A DNA stretch of 64,000 nucleotides from an uncultured Selenomonadales bacterium (GTDB taxonomy: Bacteria; Bacillota; Negativicutes; Selenomonadales; Selenomonadaceae): assembly GCA_946408105.1 (NCBI GenBank), contig CAMJQS010000001.1:4077-68076 (forward strand), read 5' to 3'. The notes beneath the pieces are model-generated. The model was not told the origin of the DNA. It did not search any database and saw only the letters and a list, made by a program, of their open reading frames with translations. The position numbers and the translations under genes were made by a program. Below, piece by piece: positions 36,353 to 45,800 of this stretch. Numbering within the stretch: position 1 is the stretch's first letter; every line of letters begins with the position of its first letter.

Positions 36353-37533
36353 AGCAAATATTTTTTCTCTTCGTGCTCGACGCTTTGATAAGCGGAACGG
36401 TGGCGGCGTGGCTCTTCTTCACGCGGGGCGAAGACGCGGCGTTGATGACGGGGCTTTCAATTTTTATCGCGCTGTCGCCCGTCTGTTTAATTTTTGCGTC
36501 GCCGTTCACGCTCTTCTTGGCGAAAAGAAAAATCGCGAACCTCGGCGTAAAGTGCAACAACTTCAACGCGCTGAAAATTTTAAAGGACGTGAACGTCGTC
36601 GCGCTGTCTTACAATCGAGTTTTGACGGGCGGAGAATTTTACATCACGGACTTGGTGCCCGAAGGTTTGAACAAGCCGACGCTGTTGGCGATGGCGGCGG
36701 GCGCGGAAACCGACGCCGAAAATGTTTTGGGAAAATTGATTTACGACACGGCCAAGTTGCGCAAGTTAAGATTGCAGCCGTCGACGAACTTTAAAGAACT
36801 TCCGGGGCGCGGCGTCGAAGCAATGGTCAGCGGCACGGCCATTCGCGTCGGGAATTTGTCGTGGCTGGAAAGTTTGAACGTTTCAATCAGCGCGAACCTG
36901 CGCACGAAAGTCGACCAGCTCCTCGTCAAAGGCAAGACGGTTTTAATCGTGGCGACGGGCAGAGCGGCTCGCGGGCTTGTTGCGATTAAAGACGACATCA
37001 ACGACGCCGCGATAAAATTTTTGGGCGACCTCAAGCAAAACAAAATTGAATCGCTCGTCCTCACCGCGCAACCGAAAAAGATGACGAGTTGGATTACAAA
37101 AAATTTTGCGCCCGACCACGTCCGCACGAACTTGACGCCCGACGGCAAAGCTCGCGAAGTTCAAATCTTCCGCGCCAAAGGAAAAATCGTCGCGGTTCTC
37201 GGCAACGACGCTCACGACTTGCCCGCGCTGAAAAATTCCGACGTTGCATTTTTGTTGGAGGGCGGCTCGCTGAATTCGTCGGACGAAAACAAATTTGATT
37301 TTGAAATTTCGACGCCCGAAAATTTTTTGGCAGTCAGAGAAGTCGCGTTTAAAGTCGACAAAACTTTAAAGTTCAATCGATTAATCGCGTCGGCCTCGTG
37401 GATAATTTTGGTGCCGCCCGCGATTATGTCCGCGCTTGAAAATCCGCCGATACCGTGGCACCCGTTGGCGTCGGCGGTCGGCGTCATAATTTTCAGCGCG
37501 ATAATTTTGGCGAACTCTTTGCGCTCAAAATAA
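36349..37533 (+). CDS. Truncated, catalytically degenerate P1B-type ATPase homologue
   Basis: Collinear with CopA from TM6 to the C-terminus, but CPC reads SPVC, DKTGTLT reads SYNRVLT, GDGINDAPAL reads LGNDAHDLPAL; ATGA overlap with hprA-like gene. Confidence 0.7.
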   Translation: MKQIFFLFVLDALISGTVAAWLFFTRGEDAALMTGLSIFIALSPVCLIFASPFTLFLAKRKIANLGVKCNNFNALKILKDVNVVALSYNRVLTGGEFYITDLVPEGLNKPTLLAMAAGAETDAENVLGKLIYDTAKLRKLRLQPSTNFKELPGRGVEAMVSGTAIRVGNLSWLESLNVSISANLRTKVDQLLVKGKTVLIVATGRAARGLVAIKDDINDAAIKFLGDLKQNKIESLVLTAQPKKMTSWITKNFAPDHVRTNLTPDGKAREVQIFRAKGKIVAVLGNDAHDLPALKNSDVAFLLEGGSLNSSDENKFDFEISTPENFLAVREVAFKVDKTLKFNRLIASASWIILVPPAIMSALENPPIPWHPLASAVGVIIFSAIILANSLRSK

Positions 37534-37550
37534 GGAAGGAGATTTTAATT

Positions 37551-39059
37551 TTGAAATATATCAGCACGCGCTCAAAAATCAAACCGATAAACTCGTCCGA
37601 AGCAATTCTCCAAGGTCTTGCGTCGGACGGCGGGCTTTTCGTCCCGGAAAAAATTCCCAAGGTTAAGCTCGAAGAAATCGGCGAACTTGTAAACAAAACT
37701 TATGAGCAACGAGCCGCGTGGCTCCTCGGAAAATATTTGACGGACTACACGCCCGACGAACTCGGCGAATGTTCGGAGCTGGCTTACAACTGGTTCGACG
37801 TTCCGTCGCGCGTGCCCGTCGCCATTTTGATTCAAGACCCGAAGAATCCTCAAGCACCCGTCGGCAACATGGAACTTTGGCACGGCCCCACGTCCGCCTT
37901 CAAAGACGTTGCGCTGCAAATGTTGCCGCACCTCATGCGCATGGCTTTAAAGAAAGTCGGCGAGACGAAAAAAATTTTAATCCTCGTTGCGACTTCGGGC
38001 GACACGGGCAAGGCGGCGTTGGCGGGCTTCGCGAACGTGCCGCAAACAAAAATCATGGTCTTCTATCCCGAAGACGGCGTGAGCAAAATTCAAAAGCTGC
38101 AGATGATTACACAGCGCGGCGACAATGTAAACGTCACGGCGGTCAGAGGAAATTTTGACGACGCACAGTCGGGCGTGAAAAAAATTTTCGGCGACAAAAA
38201 AATCCGCGACGAACTCGACAAGCTCGACGTCAAGCTCAGCTCCGCGAACTCGATTAATTGGGGGCGGCTCGTCCCGCAAATCGCTTACTACTTCAGCGGC
38301 TACGTCGAACTCATCAAGACCAATCAAATCAAACTCGGCGACAAAATTAATATCAGCGTGCCCACCGGAAATTTCGGAAACATTTTGGCGGCGTACTACG
38401 CGCTGCGCATGGGCTTGCCCGTCAAAAAATTAATTTGCGCCTCGAACATGAACAACGTCCTCACAGAATTTTTCGCGACGGGCACTTACAATCGCAAGCG
38501 CGAATTTTTCAAGACGATTACTCCGTCGATGGACATTTTAATTTCCAGCAACTTGGAGCGACTGCTTTATCACGAGAGCGGCGGCGACTTCAAACAGGTC
38601 AGCCGCTACATGAACGACTTGAACACGCGCGGCAAATACACCGTCGAAAAATCTTTGAAGGCGCGCCTCGATAAAATTTTCCACGCCGAATTCGTGACGG
38701 AAGACGAGACAAAAAATTTCATCAAGCGCATGTTCGATTCGTTCAAGTATTTGGTCGACACGCACACCGCCGTTTCAATCGCCGCCTTGAGCAAATATCG
38801 CGGGCGCACGAAAGACTTCACGCCCGTTTTGAACGCCTCGACTGCCAGCCCGTACAAATTCACGAGCGCGGTGCTCACGGCTCTGGAGCAAAAGATTGAA
38901 GGCGTCGACGACTTCGCGCAACTCAAGCAGCTGAACTATCTGACGAACTTTAAAGTTCCGCGAAATCTTTCCGAACTTGCAGACGCTGAAATTTTGCACG
39001 ACGGCGTTTGCGACAAAGACGACATGGCGGACAGAGTTTTGAAGTTCGCGGCAGAGTAA
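37551..39059 (+). CDS. thrC: Threonine synthase (long form)
   Basis: (M)KYISTRSKIKPINSSEAILQGLASDGGLFVPE..., ...GPTSAFKDVALQ PLP-lysine motif; TTG start 9 nt after AAGGAAGGAG. Confidence 0.85.
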   Translation: MKYISTRSKIKPINSSEAILQGLASDGGLFVPEKIPKVKLEEIGELVNKTYEQRAAWLLGKYLTDYTPDELGECSELAYNWFDVPSRVPVAILIQDPKNPQAPVGNMELWHGPTSAFKDVALQMLPHLMRMALKKVGETKKILILVATSGDTGKAALAGFANVPQTKIMVFYPEDGVSKIQKLQMITQRGDNVNVTAVRGNFDDAQSGVKKIFGDKKIRDELDKLDVKLSSANSINWGRLVPQIAYYFSGYVELIKTNQIKLGDKINISVPTGNFGNILAAYYALRMGLPVKKLICASNMNNVLTEFFATGTYNRKREFFKTITPSMDILISSNLERLLYHESGGDFKQVSRYMNDLNTRGKYTVEKSLKARLDKIFHAEFVTEDETKNFIKRMFDSFKYLVDTHTAVSIAALSKYRGRTKDFTPVLNASTASPYKFTSAVLTALEQKIEGVDDFAQLKQLNYLTNFKVPRNLSELADAEILHDGVCDKDDMADRVLKFAAE

Positions 39060-39070
39060 AAAAAAATTTT

Positions 39071-39105
39071 CCCCGGCACTCGATTGAGCGTCGGGGATTT
39101 TTTTT
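39071..39105. terminator. Terminator hairpin between convergent thrC and glycosyltransferase genes
   Basis: CCCCGGC - loop - GCGTCGGGG stem followed by T8; overlaps the minus-strand stop codon. Confidence 0.65.
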
Positions 39106-42100
39106 ATAAGTTTAAACTTTGTTGATAGAAGTCCAGTGCGTTGCCGTGAAGAGCGTTGCAATAAACGTCGTCGAAGTCAAAAATTTTTCGTAACTTTTTC
39201 GGGAGAATGAAACCGTCGCGGACGAACGAATCAACCCACGCGTCGACGAAATCTTTATCAATCGGGACGCGCAAAATTATTTCGCCGAAATTTTCCAGCA
39301 CGTCGCAACAAAAATCTTTGACGCCCTCGTTAATCTCCAAAAGTTCCGCGAAATTAATTTGCCCGGCCTCCGGCTCGCCGAAAACAGGTTTGCCCGCCGC
39401 GTCGAAGTATTGAAGTTGAGCGTCGGGCGCAGTCAAAATGCTCTCGAACAGCAGATGATATTTGTAGACGGCGGACGTGGTCGTTTGATAGTCGGCGTCC
39501 TCCGCGAAGCAGCCGCGCATTCTTTCAGACGCCTCCGAGCCGAAACGATTGGTCGCGTTCGTCGCGAAGTAGTAGCCCGTGAAAATTTTTTTCGTCAGCC
39601 GCTGCAAATGAAATTGAATCGTGCCGGAATAGCCCATGTCAGCCAAACCGATTTTGTCGAACGAGCCGCCCAGCCCGTCGATATATTTTTTGTAGTTCGT
39701 CTGCTCGGTCGTCACGTGCGCCATAATTTCTTCGGCGTGTTGTTTAATAATTTTTTTGACGAGCGCGAAAGATTCGTTGGGCAAAGAAATTTTCGTGTCG
39801 TCGCCCAAGTCCAAACCGAACCGCGCGGCGAAAAATTGTTTGAGCGTGCCGTTGAAGTTCAGCTTAATGATGTCTTCCGTTTGCGAAAGATTGTTGACGG
39901 CGGCCACGGTCACGGCTCTGCGCGAGGCGTAAAAATAATCGGAAGGTAGCGGCTCGACGTTTAAAAGTTTCGTCACGAGTTTGTACAGCGGCTGAAGAAA
40001 ATATCCGTCGCGAGCGAGGAAAAAAATTCTTTGGATTTTATCTTCGCGCGTCTTTTGAATCAGCCACAAAATATAAGTCAGCAGCGGCGTGCCGAAAAAC
40101 CAGTAGCCGAATTCGCGGAAATTTTTCATGACGAGTTTGCCGGGGCGTTCGCTCATGTCGGCGTTGAGGGCGAACGGGCTTTGAAATTTTTTCGCGAGCA
40201 CGGTGCCCAAAAAAATTCCCGCGTAAAGTGATTTCCTTCCGCCGAGACGTTGAGCAAACATTTTTCCGAACGGCGTCAGCGTAAAAAGATTTATCGCGCT
40301 CATCAAATGATACGTCGCAAATTTTCTGTCGCTTGGAATTTGTATATCGCTCGTTTCGTTGTCGCCCAAGTGAATCAACTTGCCGGGCGCGTTCAGTCCG
40401 TCGCGCACGAAGCGTTCCCAAATGGCGGCGGTGTCCTTCCTCAAGCCCGTCTCGCAAGAAATAAAAAGTTTGTCGTAGCCTTCGACGCCGCACTTTTTTA
40501 AAAGGCGTTCGAGGTCGGGCGTTTGCATGTACATATCGGAGACGAGCCAAATTTTTTTCTTGTGTCGGTCGCGAAGTTCTTTAAACCAGCCGACGATTTC
40601 TTTGCGCGGCAAAATCATTTCGACTTCCGTGGCAACTTCAAGCTCGCGAATTTTTTTGCAGGTCGCCTCGTCGAGTTTGGCAAGCTTGGAAAAACTTTTA
40701 TAAATTTCGTCGAGGGTCACGTCGCCGCCTTTGACTTGTCGCGCATCATTTTCCGCCGCGATTCGCAGCTTCGGGAAGTCAAAACTTTTTCCGAGCAAGT
40801 CTTCAACCTTGAGCCGAATGATTTCGTTCACGTGATACGGTTCGGCAACTTTGCGCATAAGCAGCGTGTCGAAGATGTCGAACGTCACGACTTGTCCGTT
40901 GTTGGCCACGTAGGAAACGTCCTTGACGCTGTGGCCGAGGTATTGCCAAAGATTTTTCATGCCGACGTTCACGGAATAAGTTTCGGCGGCGGGATTGTAT
41001 TCGTAAAAATCCATTTCCTCCGCGGCGGCCGCGAGTGCAACCGAACGCTCGAAGGCGTGAGCAATCGTCCCGTCGTTTTGTTTTCGTTCGGGCGGGAAGT
41101 CTTCAAACGTCAGGCCGAGCTCCAAAAATTTTTTCAACGCTTTGCTCCGCGCCCAAAACATCGTGCCCATCGGGAAATCAAAATAAGTTGTCGGCGGCGG
41201 CGAAATTTTTAATCGTTGCAAAAGAATTTGTCCGACTTCACGATTCGACAGCCACGTAAACGCGATGTACGGCATGTTCGGCGGCGGCTGCGGATAAACG
41301 AGTCCGAGGCGTTTGTTGTCGTCGAACGCTTTAAAAATTTTCCGCAAAAGTTTCGGCTTGCCCAACAGCGCGTCGAAAAGATAATTGCGCCAGCTGTTTT
41401 GCTCCGCGCCCGTGTACAAAGATTTTTTCGAGTGAATGTGAGCGACGAAATCATAATCGGACAGCAGGTCGCCGAAGCCGACGAGGAACGGCGCAACGTC
41501 CCGCCCGCGATTGGGCACGACGCGCACGATACACTTTTCCATGTTGGAAATTTTTTCAAAGGCGGCACGAACTTTTTCTTCGGCGGCGGCGTCGACGATT
41601 GAAATCAGCGCGTCGAATTTATACGGCATGTTCGAGCAGTAAGTTGCAATTTCGTCGAGCAGGTCGAGATAAAAAATGTGTGCTTGAATTGCAATCTTGC
41701 CGGGCTGTGTGTCCAGCTCTTCGCCGAAAGGATTTTCCTCGCTCTGAATAAAATTCATTCTGCCCGCCGTCGTCACGCCTCTCAACAGACAAGACATCTG
41801 CCAATTTTTGTAACGCTGCGTGTTCTTCAGCACGGGCGCGAACGTCGTGTAAAATTTATCTTTGAGAGCCTCTTTGCGTTCGCCGCCGAGCGGCAGGACA
41901 CGATAAAAAAGATGCGCCGCCGAAAGAATTTTTTCCTTGTTGTCGAAGTGCAACCAATTTTTTAATGACTGAAATTTTTCGCCGACGTTCCACGAATTCA
42001 AATTTAAAATCGAGTCGTTCAACTTCGTGAGCCGTTGATTTTCTTCCAAAAGTTCTTCGTTGCGCTCGGCCAGCTCTTTTACGTTGCGGGTTAAGGTGTC

Positions 42101-43474
42101 GACGAAAATTTTTTCCGTCTCGCCGAAAATTTCAAACGTCACGTGCCCCGAAAGATTTTCGACTTGGAAAATAATTTGCGGGTCGCTCGTCCAAAATCTG
42201 CGGAAGCCGACGACGACTTCGCTTGAGTTGTCGCCGTAAATTTCCTGCTCCGTGCCGTTTATGAGCGCGCGATTTATCTTGAGCGAAATAAAATTTTCGT
42301 CGGGGTCGAAGCGCAAAATTTTTATCGGGCGTTCCAAATCGAAATCGATTCGCCCGTAAAATTTTCTCGCGCCGTCGACGTTGATAATTTTTTTCGCGGC
42401 CAAAAAATATTCGTCGTCTTCCATGACAAAAATTTTCGCGTGGAGCATGGAATTTTTTTCCGCAAGATTGAACACGTCGAAGGAGCCGCCGTCGCGAAGA
42501 AAAGTTTTATCGTCGTAGCCGTAAAGTTTTTTTATTTGCGCGGCGTCGGCGGGATTGCTCAACAAATTTTTTAAAAGCTCCAAGCCCGCCAAACGGAACG
42601 CGGAAGAGGCAACGCCTTCGCGCTCCAAATAAAGTTTTGCCAGGGCGAAGCGTCGATTAATTTTTCCGTCGACCAAAAATTTTTTCGCTTCGGGGAAGAC
42701 CTGCAAAAAAAATTCGTCGTCCGTGAAATGTTCGACGACTTCTTGCGCCAAGAAAAAATGTTCCAGCTCGCCGCGAACAATTTTATCGAACGTCGTCGCC
42801 GAAAAATTTTCTTGACGCAAACGACGCAAACGAAATTTCGTCAAACGTTCGGGCAAAATAAAAATTTCCTCGCGGAAGCACAGCCGAATCCACATCAAAT
42901 AATCGGGCAGCTGCCAAAAGCCGTGCGCCTCAAGCAAATTGTATTTCGCGTAGACTTCGCGGCGGAGCATGGCCGAAGGGTGGCACAGGCAGTTCGTGTT
43001 GTAAAAAAAATAATTCAGCCACTCGGTGCGCGAACGATTCGGTTGCTCAAAAACTTTTTTGTAAAAGTCGTCGTCGTCCGGCTCGTAAGAATCTCCGCGC
43101 TCGTCTATAAATTCAACCCACGTGAAACACGCCGCAAATTTTTCGTTCGCGTCGAGGAAGGCAACTTGCTTCTCCAATTTTTCGGGCGTCCACAGGTCGT
43201 CGGAGTGGTGCACGGCGATATATTTTCCGCGCGCGAATTTCATGGCCTCGGCAACGGCAACGCCCGCCCCGCGATTTTCCTCGTAAAAAAAATTTTTTAT
43301 GCGCGGGTCGTCGAAATTTTTTATAACGTCGCGGCTGTTGTCGCGTGAGCCGTCGTCGACGATTAAAAGTTCAAAGTCCACGAACGTTTGATTGAGGACG
43401 CTCTCAATCGCCGCCGCCACATAAGCCGCGTGGTTGTAGCTCGTTAAAATCACACTGACTTTAGGTTTTGTCAT
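39104..43474 (-). CDS. 1456-aa multidomain glycan-synthesis protein: GT2 + coiled-coil + RgpF (rhamnan synthesis F)-like + HAD-like + unknown C-terminal region
   Basis: KVSVILTSYNHAAYVAAAIESVLNQTF..LLIVDDGSRD (GT2); IAIQAHIFYLDLLDEI...VPNRGRDVAPFLVGF...FVAHIHSKKS (RgpF-like); VVTFDIFDTLLMRKV (HAD DxD). Confidence 0.8.
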   Translation of the reverse strand: MTKPKVSVILTSYNHAAYVAAAIESVLNQTFVDFELLIVDDGSRDNSRDVIKNFDDPRIKNFFYEENRGAGVAVAEAMKFARGKYIAVHHSDDLWTPEKLEKQVAFLDANEKFAACFTWVEFIDERGDSYEPDDDDFYKKVFEQPNRSRTEWLNYFFYNTNCLCHPSAMLRREVYAKYNLLEAHGFWQLPDYLMWIRLCFREEIFILPERLTKFRLRRLRQENFSATTFDKIVRGELEHFFLAQEVVEHFTDDEFFLQVFPEAKKFLVDGKINRRFALAKLYLEREGVASSAFRLAGLELLKNLLSNPADAAQIKKLYGYDDKTFLRDGGSFDVFNLAEKNSMLHAKIFVMEDDEYFLAAKKIINVDGARKFYGRIDFDLERPIKILRFDPDENFISLKINRALINGTEQEIYGDNSSEVVVGFRRFWTSDPQIIFQVENLSGHVTFEIFGETEKIFVDTLTRNVKELAERNEELLEENQRLTKLNDSILNLNSWNVGEKFQSLKNWLHFDNKEKILSAAHLFYRVLPLGGERKEALKDKFYTTFAPVLKNTQRYKNWQMSCLLRGVTTAGRMNFIQSEENPFGEELDTQPGKIAIQAHIFYLDLLDEIATYCSNMPYKFDALISIVDAAAEEKVRAAFEKISNMEKCIVRVVPNRGRDVAPFLVGFGDLLSDYDFVAHIHSKKSLYTGAEQNSWRNYLFDALLGKPKLLRKIFKAFDDNKRLGLVYPQPPPNMPYIAFTWLSNREVGQILLQRLKISPPPTTYFDFPMGTMFWARSKALKKFLELGLTFEDFPPERKQNDGTIAHAFERSVALAAAAEEMDFYEYNPAAETYSVNVGMKNLWQYLGHSVKDVSYVANNGQVVTFDIFDTLLMRKVAEPYHVNEIIRLKVEDLLGKSFDFPKLRIAAENDARQVKGGDVTLDEIYKSFSKLAKLDEATCKKIRELEVATEVEMILPRKEIVGWFKELRDRHKKKIWLVSDMYMQTPDLERLLKKCGVEGYDKLFISCETGLRKDTAAIWERFVRDGLNAPGKLIHLGDNETSDIQIPSDRKFATYHLMSAINLFTLTPFGKMFAQRLGGRKSLYAGIFLGTVLAKKFQSPFALNADMSERPGKLVMKNFREFGYWFFGTPLLTYILWLIQKTREDKIQRIFFLARDGYFLQPLYKLVTKLLNVEPLPSDYFYASRRAVTVAAVNNLSQTEDIIKLNFNGTLKQFFAARFGLDLGDDTKISLPNESFALVKKIIKQHAEEIMAHVTTEQTNYKKYIDGLGGSFDKIGLADMGYSGTIQFHLQRLTKKIFTGYYFATNATNRFGSEASERMRGCFAEDADYQTTTSAVYKYHLLFESILTAPDAQLQYFDAAGKPVFGEPEAGQINFAELLEINEGVKDFCCDVLENFGEIILRVPIDKDFVDAWVDSFVRDGFILPKKLRKIFDFDDVYCNALHGNALDFYQQSLNL

Positions 43475-44480
43475 TTACAGTCTCCTTAATGCTCGACAAG
43501 TCCGCAATGCAACCCGCCCAACTCAAGCCGACGCCGAAGCCCGCGAGCATGACGCATTTTAATTTTTCCGCGCCGAAATTTTTTACGACTTGCTCAATCG
43601 CCAGCGGCACGCTGCCCGAAACAAGATTGCCCGTCTCCGAAATGTCGTTGTGGAAGGGCACGTCGTTCAAGCCGGCCTTGTCGCGAAGGTAAGTCATCAT
43701 GAATTTGTTCGCCTGATGAAAAATGCAATAATCCAAATCGGCGCGCGTGAGGTTTGCGGCGTTCAAAACTTTTTCGACGAGCGGCGGAACTTCTCGGAGC
43801 GTGAAATAAGTTATCGCCATGCCGTCCATAAAAATTTCGTAGTTCGAGCGATAGTTTCCGTTCTCGTCCGTCGAAAAAATTTCGGGATTGTCGCGGGACA
43901 TGAAACGACTGCCGCCGACGGGAATAATCAATTTGTCGAAGCGCGAACCGTCCGAACCGAAGACGAACGCCCGAAGATTTTCTTTGTCGCCGCCGTCAAT
44001 CCAAGTGGCCGTGGCTCCGTCGCCGAAAAGCGGCCGCGTCGATTTATCTTTGGCGTTGATGTATTTCGTGTAGACGCTCGACGTGATGAACAAAATTTTT
44101 TTCGCCAGGCCGGTTTCGATTAAACCTTTGGCGACGGCCAGCCCGTAAACGTAGCCCGAACAGCCCAGCGCGATGTCCATTGTGCCGACAGATTTTTTCA
44201 GGCCGAGGCGGTGTTGAAGATGAGCGGAAGTGTGCGGGCCCAAGTGGTCGGGGTGCTGCGTGCAGAGCAAAATAAAATCAATCTCGTGGCGGTCGAGGTC
44301 GTGTTCGGCAAAAAGTTTTTCCGCCGCGTTGAAAGCCAAATCGCCTGCGGCCTCGTCCTTGCCGCAGAGGTGTCGACACTTAACGCCAATTTTTTTTATA
44401 AAGCGGGCGTCGACGAGTTCCGAATTATTTTCAATCGTCGCGGGCAAATAAGTTGAAATCGCTCGTATCGTCGCAAACAT
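43461..44480 (-). CDS. 3-oxoacyl-ACP synthase III (FabH-like)
   Basis: ...MDIALGCSGYVYGLAVAKGLIETG..., ...FHQANKFMMTYL..., ...MLAGFGVGLSWAGC. Confidence 0.85.
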   Translation of the reverse strand: MFATIRAISTYLPATIENNSELVDARFIKKIGVKCRHLCGKDEAAGDLAFNAAEKLFAEHDLDRHEIDFILLCTQHPDHLGPHTSAHLQHRLGLKKSVGTMDIALGCSGYVYGLAVAKGLIETGLAKKILFITSSVYTKYINAKDKSTRPLFGDGATATWIDGGDKENLRAFVFGSDGSRFDKLIIPVGGSRFMSRDNPEIFSTDENGNYRSNYEIFMDGMAITYFTLREVPPLVEKVLNAANLTRADLDYCIFHQANKFMMTYLRDKAGLNDVPFHNDISETGNLVSGSVPLAIEQVVKNFGAEKLKCVMLAGFGVGLSWAGCIADLSSIKETVNDKT

Positions 44481-44484
44481 TTTT

Positions 44485-45621
44485 TCATCTCCCGAAGCTT
44501 TTTAGAATCGCGCAAATTTTTCTCACGTCGTCCTCGGCAAGTTCGCCGTACATGGGCAAGCTTAAAACTTGTCGGCCGATAAGATTTGCGGCGGGAAGAT
44601 TGTCGGAGCTCGACGAATTCAGCTGACGATAGCAAGTGTACTCGCTGCACAGCGGATGAAAATATTTTCGCGTGTAGACGTTGAAATTTTTAAAAGCCTC
44701 GTGAACAAAATCCCTCGACCGCCCGAAAATTTTTTCGTCGACGCGCACGACGTAATATTGATAATTGAGCTTGACGTCGGCTGCGCATTTCGGCAAGAGT
44801 TTCAAGCCTTCGACCTCGGAAAGTTCTTCGTTATAAATTTCGTGCAGACGAATTCTTTTTTGCCGTTCGCCTTCGACGTAGTTGAGCATGATTCGACCAA
44901 TCGCCGCGCGCACTTCGTCGAGCTTGCCGTTTATGCCGGGCATGACGACTTCTTCCTCGTTCTTGATTCCGAAATTTTTCAGCAGGTCAATTCGTTGCTT
45001 AACGTGTTCGTTCTTCATGACGAGCGCGCCGCCTTCGACGGTGTGATAAAGTTTCGTCGCGTGAAAACTCAGCATGGAAATGTCGCCGAAGTTCCCGATG
45101 CCTTGCCCGCCGATTTCCACGCCGAACGCGTGAGCCGCGTCGTAGACAACGCGCAAGCCGTAACGGTCGGCAACCTCTTGAATTTTTTCAACGGCGCAGG
45201 GCGTGCCGAAAACGTGAACCGCCAAAATTGCCGTTGTGCGCGGCGTTATCATCGATTCGATTTTGTCCGCGTCGATGTTCATGGTCTCGGCGTCCACGTC
45301 GCAAAAAATCGGCGTGATGTTATTCCAACTCAAAACGTGGGGCGTGGCCGCGAACGTGAAAGGCGTCGTGATGACTTCGCCGCTCAACCTTAGACTTTGG
45401 CACGCAACCATTAGCGCGATTGTTCCGTTGTTGAACAGCGACAGGTGCGGAACCTTCAAAAAATTTTTCAGCTCGCGCTCAAGCATCGTGTGTTGCGGGC
45501 CGTTGTTCGTCAGCCACTTTGAATTCCAGATGTCGCGCAATTTTTCCGTGACTTCCTCAATCGTCGGGAAAACCGGCCGCGTCACGAAAATTACTTTTTC
45601 AAACGGCTCAAGATTTTTCAT
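44485..45621 (-). CDS. DegT/DnrJ/EryC1-family PLP-dependent sugar aminotransferase
   Basis: ...NGPQHTMLERELKNFLKVPHLSLFNNGTIALMVA..., ...SMLSFHATKLYHTVEGGAL (PLP lysine). Confidence 0.9.
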   Translation of the reverse strand: MKNLEPFEKVIFVTRPVFPTIEEVTEKLRDIWNSKWLTNNGPQHTMLERELKNFLKVPHLSLFNNGTIALMVACQSLRLSGEVITTPFTFAATPHVLSWNNITPIFCDVDAETMNIDADKIESMITPRTTAILAVHVFGTPCAVEKIQEVADRYGLRVVYDAAHAFGVEIGGQGIGNFGDISMLSFHATKLYHTVEGGALVMKNEHVKQRIDLLKNFGIKNEEEVVMPGINGKLDEVRAAIGRIMLNYVEGERQKRIRLHEIYNEELSEVEGLKLLPKCAADVKLNYQYYVVRVDEKIFGRSRDFVHEAFKNFNVYTRKYFHPLCSEYTCYRQLNSSSSDNLPAANLIGRQVLSLPMYGELAEDDVRKICAILKSFGR

Positions 45622-45800
45622 CGGTCGTCTCCTTTTTATGTGTTTGTATTCTACTTTTTCTTTGCGCGCCCTTTTTAGCTGTTAGCTGTCAGCTGTTAGT
45701 AATTAGAAAATCGAACAGCTTTAAACTAACAGCTATCAGCTAAACATGACGGCCTCTGATTACGCGGCGCGGTCTTCTTCATCGGTCGTCTCCTTTTTAT
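45617..45800. repeat. Gene-boundary cassette F: 138-bp insert (45640..45777) flanked by perfect 23-bp direct repeats (45617..45639 and 45778..45800)
   Basis: Both copies read ttcatcggtcgtctcctttttat. The left copy is the RBS plus ATG of the DegT gene. The right copy encodes ...KKETTDEE of the M48 gene. Confidence 0.9.
45677..45746. repeat. Hairpin built from heptanucleotide repeats: (AGCTGTT/AGCTGTC)x3 facing (CTAACAG/CTATCAG)x2-3
   Basis: Read directly; the arms are reverse complements of each other and of the array at 3564..3593. Confidence 0.85.
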
